From contig JBAXKG010000001.1 of assembly GCA_037137455.1 (NCBI GenBank), positions 64,418 through 128,417 on the forward strand: DNA of 64,000 bases. Direction: 5' to 3'. Below the pieces are notes generated by a model. The model was not told the origin of the DNA, ran no database searches, and saw nothing but the letters and a program-made list of their open reading frames with translations. Shown piece after piece: positions 34,661-44,692 of this stretch (the first letter of the stretch is position 1; every line of letters begins with the position of its first letter). The stretch comes from Bacteroidota bacterium (GTDB lineage Bacteria > Bacteroidota > Bacteroidia > Bacteroidales > FEN-979). A program made the translations under genes and the position numbers.

Positions 34661-35845
34661 ATGAGAAAGAACAAGTTTTTTTTTCTTGTGATAATCTGGT
34701 TGTTCATAAGCGCTTCATGCAATATTCAGGTTAATGACAGGGATACCGGTTATAATGATTCCATTACCATTAATAAAATAACAAATATTTTACCGTCGGA
34801 AAAAAATCCTGAAATCATGAAAGAATCCTTTGGGAAAGCAGATCAGAAGGAGGTTTTCCTATATTCCCTTTCCAACAGCAACGGCATAATTGTGAAGATC
34901 ACAAATTACGGCGGCATTATCACATCCATACTCGTTCCTGATAAAACCGGCCGTTTGGGCGATATTGTTTTGGGTTATGATAGCCTGAGTCAATACATTG
35001 CCAACAGTCCATACTTTGGCGCTATTATTGGCCGGTACGCAAACCGTATCGCAAAAGGGTCGTTTGCTCTTAACGGGAAAAGTTACAAACTCGCCATTAA
35101 CAATGGGAATAACAGTCTGCACGGCGGATTGAAAGGATTTGACAAGGTCGTGTGGGATGCAAAGGAGATAGCAGATTCAACAAAGACTCAGCTGGAACTG
35201 ACTTACCTGAGCAAAGATGGCGAGGAGGGGTACCCGGGAAACCTGAAGATAAAGGTGACTTACTCCCTTGATGACTACAATATTCTAACAATGCTGATTG
35301 AAGCGGAAACCGATAAACCGACTCCTGTAAATTTATGCAATCACACCTATTTCAACCTGAGTGAAGCCGACACCAGCATTCTCGGACATATTCTTACACT
35401 TTACGCAGATCAGTTCACACAGGTCGATAGTGAACTGATTCCAACCGGGGCAATGCCTTTCGTCAGAGGAACTGCCATGGATTTCAACAACTCAGTCGCG
35501 GTTGGTGAGCGAATCGGCAAAGTGAAAGGCGGGTATGATCACAACTATATTTTAAAGAAAAAAGAAGGAGTTCTTTCAATGGCTGCACAAATATATGATC
35601 CGCGCACGGGGCGCCAGGTCGAAATATCAACCACTCAACCCGGCCTACAGTTTTATTCCGGTAATTTTCTTGATGGTACCATCAAAGGGAAAAGCGGGAA
35701 ACAGTATAATAAATACTGGGGATTATGTCTTGAGGCCCAGCATTTTCCAGATTCGCCAAATCATTCTGACTTTCCAAATACTATTTTAAAACCAGGTGAA
35801 AAATTTTCTGAAACCACTGTTTATAGGTTCAGTGTCCTCAAGTAG
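34661..35845 (+). CDS. galM: Aldose 1-epimerase (galactose mutarotase), secreted or lipoprotein form
   Basis: Motifs GRYANRIAKGSF, NSLHGG, NHTYFNL and the EAQHFPDSPNH mutarotase motif. Confidence 0.9.
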   Translation: MRKNKFFFLVIIWLFISASCNIQVNDRDTGYNDSITINKITNILPSEKNPEIMKESFGKADQKEVFLYSLSNSNGIIVKITNYGGIITSILVPDKTGRLGDIVLGYDSLSQYIANSPYFGAIIGRYANRIAKGSFALNGKSYKLAINNGNNSLHGGLKGFDKVVWDAKEIADSTKTQLELTYLSKDGEEGYPGNLKIKVTYSLDDYNILTMLIEAETDKPTPVNLCNHTYFNLSEADTSILGHILTLYADQFTQVDSELIPTGAMPFVRGTAMDFNNSVAVGERIGKVKGGYDHNYILKKKEGVLSMAAQIYDPRTGRQVEISTTQPGLQFYSGNFLDGTIKGKSGKQYNKYWGLCLEAQHFPDSPNHSDFPNTILKPGEKFSETTVYRFSVLK

Positions 35846-35878
35846 GAGATAAAACTATTTACAGTTTTCGAATTTGGT

Positions 35879-36778
35879 TCAGTATTTATTAGGTACAAAT
35901 GTTTGCTCCGACATGGGTGGACGCACATAGGCTTTATCCTTTTCGAGCGGTGGCAAAATAATCGTTTCCCGGGGAACGTCTTCATATGGTATAAGGCTCA
36001 GCAAATGGCTGATGCAGTTAAGGCGGGCACGGCGCTTATCATCAGCTTCAACAACGTACCATGGTGATTGTTTGGTATCAGTATAAGCGAACATCTCATC
36101 CTTTGCTTTTGAGTAGTCAATCCATTTTGTCCGCGATTCCACATCCATGGGGCTTATTTTCCAGCGACGGGTAGGGTCGTTGATCCGTTGAATAAACCTC
36201 TTTTCCTGTTCTTTATCACTTACCGAAAACCAGTACTTTAACAAGATGATCCCTGAGCGGGTCAGCATATTTTCAAAATTCGGACAGGAGCGCAGAAAGT
36301 CCCAGTATTCTTCATCGGTGCAAAAACCCATTACCCGTTCAACTCCTGCCCTGTTATACCAGCTACGGTCGAAAAGGACCATTTCGCCGGCTGCTGGCAG
36401 ATGTGGAACATAGCGTTGAAAATACCACTGCGTTTTCTCCTTTTCGGTTGGGACACCCAGCGCTACAACCCGGCAAACGCGGGGGTTGAGACTTTCGGTG
36501 ATCCGTTTGATTGAGCCCCCTTTCCCTGCAGCATCCCTCCCTTCGAAAAGAACCACCACCCTGAGCCCTTTATATTTGATCCATTCCTGGAGCCTGACCA
36601 GTTCGACCTGAAGCTTGGCTAACTCCTCTTCATAAATGTTGCCGGGTAGTTTTTCATGACCCTCATCTTCAGAATTGAAATGACTCGAAGCATCAGAAAT
36701 ACCAACAACCTCATCTGGCTTGGATTTCTTATCTTTTACTTTGTCGCCATCTTTTAGTTTATCCTTTTTATGTCCCAT
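35879..36778 (-). CDS. ppk2: Polyphosphate kinase 2
   Basis: Motifs VVLFEGRDAAGKGGSIKRI, FDRSWYNRAGVERVMGF and a PPK2 lid region. It has a Lys/Asp-rich N-terminal tail. Confidence 0.9.
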   Translation of the reverse strand: MGHKKDKLKDGDKVKDKKSKPDEVVGISDASSHFNSEDEGHEKLPGNIYEEELAKLQVELVRLQEWIKYKGLRVVVLFEGRDAAGKGGSIKRITESLNPRVCRVVALGVPTEKEKTQWYFQRYVPHLPAAGEMVLFDRSWYNRAGVERVMGFCTDEEYWDFLRSCPNFENMLTRSGIILLKYWFSVSDKEQEKRFIQRINDPTRRWKISPMDVESRTKWIDYSKAKDEMFAYTDTKQSPWYVVEADDKRRARLNCISHLLSLIPYEDVPRETIILPPLEKDKAYVRPPMSEQTFVPNKY

Positions 36779-36786
36779 AACTGTAT

Positions 36787-36803
36787 GATTACGAATTACG
36801 ATT
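36787..36803. repeat. Tandem octamer micro-repeat (gattacga attacgat)
   Basis: Direct reading. It lies 9-25 nt upstream of the ppk2 ATG. Confidence 0.6.
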
Positions 36804-36893
36804 TTAAATTTACTATTCCTTATGCCTAAATTTCTACTTCTATTTTACTAAATTATGAAAAATATCACACAAACAAATTATTCCATCAAATGA

Positions 36894-38060
36894 CTATATT
36901 ATCTCCCTGACACCATCTGAAACTTCTGCCAGATAAAAATTTGCTTTGATGCCAGTTTTTGTATAATATTCCTTGCCAACCTGATCAATAAAAGTCTCAA
37001 CGGCATTTTCACGCACGAGGCTTACCGTACATCCTCCGAAACCAGCGCCGGTCATCCGGGAGCCAACAACACCATTGATTTTCTGTGCTGCATCAACCAT
37101 GGTATCCAATTCAAATCCGGTCACCTCATAGTTTTCACGCAACGACTCATGAGAAGCATTCATCAGGGCCCCAAACAGCATTATATCGCCTTTGATCAGG
37201 CTGGAAACGGCATTCAAAACACGTTGATTCTCGGAAATAACGTGACGTGCCCTTTTGCGGATCAGTTCATCCGGAATATCATCCTGCATTTTATAAAACT
37301 GCATGAAACTGATCTCCCCCAGTTTAGAAATATTCATTTTACGACTCATGTAAGTTACTGCAAGCTGACATTCGGTAACCCTTTCATTGTACTTCGAATC
37401 GGCCAGCCCACGTTGTTTGTTAGTATTCCCGATGATAAGTTTGAACCCATTCAGGATAAATGAAACCAACTTGTATTCCAGCGTCAGGCAGTTCAGAAAA
37501 ATAGCATTATCCTTTTTACCCATCCCGACTGCAAACATATCCATAATCCCGCAATTAAGGCCAACAAATTCATTCTCGGCACGTTGCGACATTTTCACCA
37601 GGTTGATCATTTCCAGTTGTCGAGCATTCAACATCACAGCCAATGCATAGGCGGTGACCATTTCGATGGAGGCGGATGAAGATAAACCAGCGCTATTAGG
37701 AATATCACCCGAGTATAGCATGTCAAATCCGGCAACAGGAATATTCAATTGCCTGAACTGATCGAAAATCCCTAAGGGGTAATTCACCCATTGTCCGCTA
37801 ATTTTTTTAGATAATTCTCCAATTGGAACTTCTGCTCTGAATTCCATATTTGTCGAAGCAAGCCTGACAATTGCATCGGCTGTATTGCGTATTAAAAGGT
37901 AGGTGCCATATTGTAAGGCGCATGGCAGAACAAAACCGCCATTATAATCTGTATGCTCCCCAATCAGGTTGACACGGCCAGGCGCAAAAAAACACCTCGG
38001 CATATTTTCGGGATTTCCGTAAAATCGAAAAAAATGGTCGTACAAGTTATTAAGGTCCAT
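36894..38060 (-). CDS. galK: Galactokinase
   Basis: GRVNLIGEHTDYNGG signature and the GHMP kinase motif PNSAGLSSSAS. Confidence 0.95.
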   Translation of the reverse strand: MDLNNLYDHFFRFYGNPENMPRCFFAPGRVNLIGEHTDYNGGFVLPCALQYGTYLLIRNTADAIVRLASTNMEFRAEVPIGELSKKISGQWVNYPLGIFDQFRQLNIPVAGFDMLYSGDIPNSAGLSSSASIEMVTAYALAVMLNARQLEMINLVKMSQRAENEFVGLNCGIMDMFAVGMGKKDNAIFLNCLTLEYKLVSFILNGFKLIIGNTNKQRGLADSKYNERVTECQLAVTYMSRKMNISKLGEISFMQFYKMQDDIPDELIRKRARHVISENQRVLNAVSSLIKGDIMLFGALMNASHESLRENYEVTGFELDTMVDAAQKINGVVGSRMTGAGFGGCTVSLVRENAVETFIDQVGKEYYTKTGIKANFYLAEVSDGVREII

Positions 38061-38164
38061 TACGGGAACGTTAGATTTGGTGACTAAATTAAAAATAAAA
38101 TGGATGTAAAAATAAATTTATATGATGAAAACAAAGGAGAACAGAAGGGTATGCCGGAAAATGA

Positions 38165-38172
38165 TAATTTTG
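38165..38172 (+). promoter_or_regulatory. -7 promoter box (TAATTTTG) for the GH2/GH92 genes
   Basis: Matches TAnnTTTG, 20 nt before the GTG start at 38193. Confidence 0.4.
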
Positions 38173-38192
38173 TCAAATTATAAAATGATGCT

Positions 38193-40715
38193 GTGGTCCG
38201 CTATTTATCTGCATTACTCCTTAATTGTATTCTCCTGACTTTTGATTCCGTTTGTGCCCAGGATTTTAATAATGTTGAGCTTAAAGGTAACTGGAAATTC
38301 CGTATGATCGGAACCGACGACTGGATGCCTGCAAAGGTGCCAGGCGTGGTTCATCTTGATCTGATGAACAACAAAGTTATTTCTGATCCATTTTTGCGCG
38401 ACAATGAATCGAAAGTGCAATGGATCGGAGATACCGGGTGGGAATACGTTAACGCGTTTGATAATTCAGAGAAAAATATGTCGTGGAGGCATATCGAGAT
38501 GATTTTCATGGGCCTTGACACATATGCTAACGTATATCTCAATGATTCTCTGATACTTGTTGCCGATAACATGTTCCGCGAATGGGTTGTCGATATAAAG
38601 TCACTATTGCATGTTGGCACAAACACATTGCGGGTACAGTTTCCCGCTGTGAATCAGAAAATTAAATCAATATACGATCGGTTGCCGAATAAACTACCTG
38701 GAGATGAAAAGGTTGTATGCCGGAAAGCAGCCTATCATTTTGGATGGGATTGGGGGCCAAAGTTCGTTACCAGTGGAATCTGGAGGCCCGTTTATCTTCG
38801 TTACCGGAACGCTGTAAATGTTGCCGGAGTTCAGTTTATACAGAAAAATCTGACCGATTCCATTGCAGATTTATCGGCACAGTTTACAATAGATGCCGAA
38901 CTGGACGATTCGGTCTCCATCAGGCTTTTTGATGATACTACTGAAATTGTCCGGCAAACCAGGCTGTTGAACCGGGGCACAAATGTGATCAGGAGCGATT
39001 TTTCTATCCTGAATCCTGCACGCTGGTGGCCAAACGGCATGGGCGATCCGACACTGTACAATTTTGGTTATGAAATATATGTGGGCAAACGACTTGTTGA
39101 CAAAGGGCTTCAAAGGATCGGATTGCGAACCATTGAACTGGTTCAGGATATAGATCCAATCGGAAAATCCTTCTTTTTCAAGGTCAATAGTATTCCGGTA
39201 TTCATAAGGGGCGCCAATTATATACCGCAGGATAACTTTTTGCCCCGTGTAAAAGATTCATCATACATAGCGCTGATCAGGGATGTGAAAGAGGCCAATA
39301 TGAACATGCTTCGTGTGTGGGGCGGCGGTATTTACGAAAATGATATTTTCTATGATCTGTGTGATGAAAATGGCATAATGGTATGGCAGGATTTTATGTT
39401 CGCATGTGCCATGTATCCGGGAAATAAAGAATTTTTGGATAATGTAAGGGAGGAGGCAATTCAGAACATCGTCAGGCTGAGGCGCCATCCTTGTATAGCT
39501 TTATGGTGTGGCAATAACGAAATTGATGAAGGCTGGAAAAACTGGGGATGGCAGAAGTTGTATAATTACTCTTCGGAGGATTCTGCTTCGATATATAATA
39601 ATTACCGGTTGATTTTCAGCACGATTCTTCCGAGCAACGTGAAAAGATTTGACACTTTGCGTTCATACATTCCAACATCGCCACTTCATGGATGGGGACG
39701 CCCTGAAAGTATGACCGAGGGCGATTCGCACTATTGGGGGATTTGGTGGGGCAAAGAGCCATTTACGGTTTATGAGAACAAAGTAGGCCGGTTCATGTCA
39801 GAATACGGATTTCAGGGCTTTCCTGACTTTGGGACAATTCAAAAATTCACTTCACCTAAAGACCGGTTCATCGGATCCAAAGTGATGAAGGCGCATCAGA
39901 AACATCCTGCAGGATATGAAACAATTGACGAATACCTGTTGCGCGATTATAAAAAACCGAAAGATTTTGAATCCTATTTATATGTATCCCGGCTTTTACA
40001 GGCCAAAGGGATAAAATTGGCGATTGAGGCTCACCGCCGGGCAAAACCATGGTGCATGGGTACATTATTCTGGCAATTGAACGATTGCTGGCCGGCAGTA
40101 TCCTGGTCATCGCGCGATTATTATGGAAAGAAAAAAGCGCTTCACTTTGCCATCCCTGCATCTTTTAACAACCTGCTTGTTTCACCTGTTGTGGAAGATG
40201 GCCGCGTCAGGGTATATATTTCATCTGAAAAAAATGAACTGATAAAAGGGATCTTGTTTGTTAAACTAATTGATTTTAAAGGCAATATTTATGCAAACGA
40301 GGAATTTCCCATTGAAATTTCCGGAAACGTATCGCTGATTTATTTTGATACATTAAAAACAGCCTATTTAGGGAAATTGAATCCTGCAGAAGCTTTGTGC
40401 CTCGTGAACTTTAAAGATTCCAATGATAAGAATTACAAGAATTTACTTTATTTTGTTTCTCCCAAAGACCTGTCCCTGCCTGTGCCGATGATAAATAAAC
40501 AGGTAATTGAAACACCAACCGGTTACAGAATAGAACTTTCTTGTGACAAACTTGCAAAGAACGTAATCATATCCTCAATTGTAAATGGTGAATTTTCGGA
40601 TAATTATTTTGATCTGTTACCCGGTGAATCGGTGGATGTGAAGTTCACAACTTCAAAAAGATTTTCTAAGATGGCTGATATGATCGTTGTTAAAAGTCTC
40701 ACGGATAGCTATTGA
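38193..40715 (+). CDS. GH2 beta-mannosidase
   Basis: Signal peptide and GH2 sugar-binding, Ig and TIM domains. Contains the WQDFMFACAMYP and WCGNNEI motifs typical of beta-mannosidases. Confidence 0.8.
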   Translation: MVRYLSALLLNCILLTFDSVCAQDFNNVELKGNWKFRMIGTDDWMPAKVPGVVHLDLMNNKVISDPFLRDNESKVQWIGDTGWEYVNAFDNSEKNMSWRHIEMIFMGLDTYANVYLNDSLILVADNMFREWVVDIKSLLHVGTNTLRVQFPAVNQKIKSIYDRLPNKLPGDEKVVCRKAAYHFGWDWGPKFVTSGIWRPVYLRYRNAVNVAGVQFIQKNLTDSIADLSAQFTIDAELDDSVSIRLFDDTTEIVRQTRLLNRGTNVIRSDFSILNPARWWPNGMGDPTLYNFGYEIYVGKRLVDKGLQRIGLRTIELVQDIDPIGKSFFFKVNSIPVFIRGANYIPQDNFLPRVKDSSYIALIRDVKEANMNMLRVWGGGIYENDIFYDLCDENGIMVWQDFMFACAMYPGNKEFLDNVREEAIQNIVRLRRHPCIALWCGNNEIDEGWKNWGWQKLYNYSSEDSASIYNNYRLIFSTILPSNVKRFDTLRSYIPTSPLHGWGRPESMTEGDSHYWGIWWGKEPFTVYENKVGRFMSEYGFQGFPDFGTIQKFTSPKDRFIGSKVMKAHQKHPAGYETIDEYLLRDYKKPKDFESYLYVSRLLQAKGIKLAIEAHRRAKPWCMGTLFWQLNDCWPAVSWSSRDYYGKKKALHFAIPASFNNLLVSPVVEDGRVRVYISSEKNELIKGILFVKLIDFKGNIYANEEFPIEISGNVSLIYFDTLKTAYLGKLNPAEALCLVNFKDSNDKNYKNLLYFVSPKDLSLPVPMINKQVIETPTGYRIELSCDKLAKNVIISSIVNGEFSDNYFDLLPGESVDVKFTTSKRFSKMADMIVVKSLTDSY

Positions 40716-40716
40716 T

Positions 40717-40751
40717 AATGACGAATGACCAATGACGAGTGACGAGTAAAA
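40717..40751. repeat. Tandem heptamer micro-repeat (aatgacg aatgacc aatgacg agtgacg agtaaaa)
   Basis: Direct reading. It starts 2 nt after the GH2 stop. Confidence 0.7.
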
Positions 40752-40811
40752 GGCGATCTGTTCCAGGATGTGGTATTCAATTTTAGGCATGATTACAAAA
40801 TCAAAAACGAG

Positions 40812-43751
40812 ATGAAACGGAAATGGATGTGTATTATGTTTTGCCTGGCCGCTACTGCAATAATTCAGGCCCAATCGCCAAAAACCATTTTTCTGACTGA
40901 TTATGTCAACCCGTTCATTGGCACCGGTGGTCATGGGCACACATATCCCGGGGCGACCGTTCCATTCGGGATGGTGCAACTGAGCCCCGATACACGCCTC
41001 GAAGGCTGGGATGGTTGCTCTGCCTATCATGCAAGCGATTCGGTCATCTACGGATTCAGCCATACCCACCTCAGCGGAACAGGTTGCTCCGATTATGGCG
41101 ACATTCTGGTTATGCCAGTTACCGGGACAGTTAACCTTGAAAATTATGGATATGCTTCGCCTTTCAATAAAACTGAAGAATTTGCCTCACCGGGATACTA
41201 CCGTGTCCGGCTTTTAAAAGGCCAAATCGATGCTGAGCTCACTTCGACTGCGCGCGTAGGCATGCACCGCTATAATTTCACGGAAGCCGGACTTTCAAAT
41301 ATTGTGATTGACCTGAAACACCGCGACAAGGTTCTCGAATCGGGTTTGAAGGTCAGCGGCAATGACGAAGTGGAGGGATTTCGTATTTCACAGGCCTGGG
41401 CAGCACGGCAGATGGTCTATTTCGTTGCAAAGTTCTCCAAACCATTCGAATCGTATACTCTTTCAAATGGCGGGCAATTATCGAAAGAGCTGAATGAAGT
41501 GAATGGCGATAACATCAAAGCTTTTTTTACCTTCCCGACCAATGCTGGTGAACCGATCATAGTGAAGGTGGGCATATCAGGCGTCAGTATCGAAGGCGCC
41601 CGTAAAAACCTTGAAGCAGAGGTTCCCGGATGGGATTTTGACACAATCGTCAACAAGGCATCACTTGAATGGAATAGTGCGTTGGGGAAAATTAAAGCCG
41701 AAGAAGGTACTCACGAACAACAGGTAATATTTTACACGGCGCTTTATCATACCATGCTGCAACCAAATATTTACAACGATGTGGATGGCCAGTATCGTGG
41801 CCGCGATCTGAAGGTTCACAAGGCCGAAGGATTTGATTATTATACCGTTTTTTCATTATGGGATACCTACAGGGCCGCCAATCCACTCTACACAATCATC
41901 GAGCCTGAACGTGTCAACGATTTTATAAATACATTTCTTCGTCAATATGATGACGGAGGGATGCTGCCGGTGTGGGAGCTTTCGGGCAATGAAACGGGCT
42001 GCATGGTAGGCTACCACGCGGTTCCGGTCATCGCCGATGCCTGGCAGAAGGGAATCAGAGGATTTGACGGGAACAAGGCGCTCGAAGCGATGAAGCACAG
42101 CGCCGAACAGGACCATCTCGGGTTAAAATATTACAAAGCCAAAGGGTACATTCCTGCCGACCGGGAAGGAGAATCGGTGTCGAAAACTCTTGAATATGCC
42201 TATGATGATTGGTGCATTGCCACGATGGCCAAATCTCTTGACAAGCAAAATGATTATAAAACCTACCTCATACGCGCTCAGAATTACAAGAATTTATTCG
42301 ACCGGGTTTCGGGTTTCATGCGTGCCAAATCGAATGAAACATGGTTCACACCTTTTGATCCTGCCGAAGTGAATTTCAATTATACTGAAGCCAACGCCTG
42401 GCAATATAGTTTCTATGTACCTCATGACATTGGAGGATTAATGATGCTCCTCGGCGGACGCGATAAATTTGCCATAAAACTGGATGAACTGTTTTCGGCC
42501 GATTCAAAGACCACCGGACGTGACCAACCGGACATCACCGGGCTCATCGGGCAATATGCACATGGTAACGAACCCAGCCATCACATGGCCTATCTTTATG
42601 ATTATGCTGGAACCCCATGGAAAACGCAGGAACTGGTACACCGGATCTGCACCGATTTTTATAAAAACTCCCGGGACGGACTGATTGGCAATGAAGATTG
42701 CGGACAAATGTCGGCATGGTACGTGTTCAGCGCGATGGGTTTCTATCCTGTTACGCCGGGTTCTGATATCTATGCTTTTGGTTCGCCGATTTTTCCCAAA
42801 GTAACTATCAGCCTCGGGAATGGAAAAAACTTCACAATAAGGGCGATCAATGTAAACGAGCGTAATTTCTATATTCAATCGGCCAGTCTTAATGGAAAAC
42901 CTCACACAAAATGTTATATCAGCCATGCCGATATTATTAAAGGAGGCGAACTCAGATTCAACATGGGACCACAACCTAACAAAGCCTGGGGGGTGGGTTA
43001 CGGCGCCTTTCCTGATTCATATATTGCCGAATTTGCCATAACACCGGTTCCATCGGTTTTCAAGGGAAATCAAACTTTTATGGATTCCACAGTGGTTACC
43101 CTTACCTGTGCCCTGCCCGGAGTAAATATCCATTTCACCTTAGATGGTTCAGAACCCGACCTGAAATCAATGGTTTACCAGCGTCCGTTTATCCTGAGAA
43201 AATCAACGACACTAAAAGCATTTGCAATTGGGAAAGAGTCGCCGAAAAGCCTTACGATTGAAGCGCGGTTTAATAAAATCCAGATAAACCGGAAGATCAC
43301 GCTGAATACCAAATATTCAGGTCAATATTCAGCCGGTGGAGACCACGCGCTGATCGATTTTCTCAATGGCAGCGACAACTTCAAAACGGGCTCATGGCAG
43401 GGATATGAAGGCGTAGACATTGATGCTGTGGTCGATCTTGGATCGGTTCAGCCTGTACGCAAACTCTCGCTCAGATGCTTGCAGGACCAGGGCGCCTGGA
43501 TTTTTATGCCGACCGGGGTTTCATGGTGGATATCGGACGATGGCGCGAATTACACGAAATTATCAACTATTGCAAATGATGCCGATGAACATCAGGATGG
43601 AGTAATAACCAAAGAATTCTCGGTGAACCTTAAAAACCAGAAAGTCCGTTTTGTGAAAGTCGTTGCCAAAAACCGCGGAGTTTGTCCGGCATGGCATCCG
43701 GGCGCCGGCGGGAAGGCATGGGTGTTTGCAGATGAAATCACGGTAGAATAA
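40812..43751 (+). CDS. GH92 alpha-mannosidase with C-terminal CHB_HEX_C-like and F5/8 type C (discoidin) domains
   Basis: VNPFIGTGGHGHTYPGATVPFGMVQLSPDT is the GH92 hallmark. The C-terminal part has a discoidin-like module. The start was set to MKRKWMCIMF (signal peptide). Confidence 0.85.
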   Translation: MKRKWMCIMFCLAATAIIQAQSPKTIFLTDYVNPFIGTGGHGHTYPGATVPFGMVQLSPDTRLEGWDGCSAYHASDSVIYGFSHTHLSGTGCSDYGDILVMPVTGTVNLENYGYASPFNKTEEFASPGYYRVRLLKGQIDAELTSTARVGMHRYNFTEAGLSNIVIDLKHRDKVLESGLKVSGNDEVEGFRISQAWAARQMVYFVAKFSKPFESYTLSNGGQLSKELNEVNGDNIKAFFTFPTNAGEPIIVKVGISGVSIEGARKNLEAEVPGWDFDTIVNKASLEWNSALGKIKAEEGTHEQQVIFYTALYHTMLQPNIYNDVDGQYRGRDLKVHKAEGFDYYTVFSLWDTYRAANPLYTIIEPERVNDFINTFLRQYDDGGMLPVWELSGNETGCMVGYHAVPVIADAWQKGIRGFDGNKALEAMKHSAEQDHLGLKYYKAKGYIPADREGESVSKTLEYAYDDWCIATMAKSLDKQNDYKTYLIRAQNYKNLFDRVSGFMRAKSNETWFTPFDPAEVNFNYTEANAWQYSFYVPHDIGGLMMLLGGRDKFAIKLDELFSADSKTTGRDQPDITGLIGQYAHGNEPSHHMAYLYDYAGTPWKTQELVHRICTDFYKNSRDGLIGNEDCGQMSAWYVFSAMGFYPVTPGSDIYAFGSPIFPKVTISLGNGKNFTIRAINVNERNFYIQSASLNGKPHTKCYISHADIIKGGELRFNMGPQPNKAWGVGYGAFPDSYIAEFAITPVPSVFKGNQTFMDSTVVTLTCALPGVNIHFTLDGSEPDLKSMVYQRPFILRKSTTLKAFAIGKESPKSLTIEARFNKIQINRKITLNTKYSGQYSAGGDHALIDFLNGSDNFKTGSWQGYEGVDIDAVVDLGSVQPVRKLSLRCLQDQGAWIFMPTGVSWWISDDGANYTKLSTIANDADEHQDGVITKEFSVNLKNQKVRFVKVVAKNRGVCPAWHPGAGGKAWVFADEITVE

Positions 43752-44632
43752 TGAAAACCTCCCTCCGCTCCGACCTGATCCTTCTCCTTGCTGCCATCAT
43801 CTGGGGTTTTGCCTTTGTTGCCCAGCGGATCGGAATGGATTATGTAGGCCCGTTTACCTACAATGGCGTGCGGTTTGCCTTAGGTACGATTATCCTTCTC
43901 CCCTTCCTGTATATCCATGCAAATAAAACTGAACCGCTGATCAAGGTTTCTCATCCATCCGACCGCCGTAAAATCATTATCGGCAGTCTGATGACCGGGC
44001 TGTTTTTGTTTGGCGGCGTTGCCCTGCAACAATTGGGTTTACAGCAGACTACGGCCGGAAAAGCAGGTTTTATAACCGGTTTATATGTGGTATTCGTTCC
44101 CATTGTGGGATTGTTATTTGGCCAGCGGTCGCATCTCACGATGTGGATAGGAGCTGCCCTCTCGGTAGGTGGACTCTACCTGCTAAGCATGACAAGCTCT
44201 TTCAACATTGCCCCCGGCGATAAACTGGTGCTATATTGTGCTGTCATCTTCACATTTCATGTACTCTTCATTGCCTGGCTTTCTCCGCTTATGAACAGTT
44301 TCCTGCTGGCTGTGATCCAATTTACGATCTGCACGCTGCTTAATCTGATTATTGCTTTTGCAATTGAACCAGTGAACATCACCTCCATCATGCAAGCATG
44401 GCTTCCCATTGCTTATGGAGGTATTCTATCGGTTGGCGTGGCCTACACTCTCCAGGTCATTGCCCAGAAGACTGCCCATCCTGCCTATGCCTCGATCATT
44501 CTTAGTCTCGAAGCAGTCTTTGCTGTGCTGGGCGGCTGGATGATCCTGCATGAGCAATTGAACCAGCGGATGATTATGGGTTGCCTATTGATGTTAGCCG
44601 GGATGGTGGTGGTGCAGGTGAAGTGGAAATAA
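43751..44632 (+). CDS. DMT-superfamily (EamA) transporter
   Basis: 293 aa with 10 TM segments in two EamA-like halves. The start overlaps the GH92 stop. Confidence 0.8.
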   Translation: MKTSLRSDLILLLAAIIWGFAFVAQRIGMDYVGPFTYNGVRFALGTIILLPFLYIHANKTEPLIKVSHPSDRRKIIIGSLMTGLFLFGGVALQQLGLQQTTAGKAGFITGLYVVFVPIVGLLFGQRSHLTMWIGAALSVGGLYLLSMTSSFNIAPGDKLVLYCAVIFTFHVLFIAWLSPLMNSFLLAVIQFTICTLLNLIIAFAIEPVNITSIMQAWLPIAYGGILSVGVAYTLQVIAQKTAHPAYASIILSLEAVFAVLGGWMILHEQLNQRMIMGCLLMLAGMVVVQVKWK

Positions 44633-44645
44633 TGCCGGAATTGTC

Positions 44646-44653
44646 TATTTTTG
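44646..44653 (+). promoter_or_regulatory. -7 promoter box (TATTTTTG) for the M64 peptidase/activase pair
   Basis: Matches TAnnTTTG, 39 nt before the ATG at 44693. Confidence 0.35.
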
Positions 44654-44692
44654 CCTGATATTGAAGAATACAGCCATTAAATCCAGTTTTGA

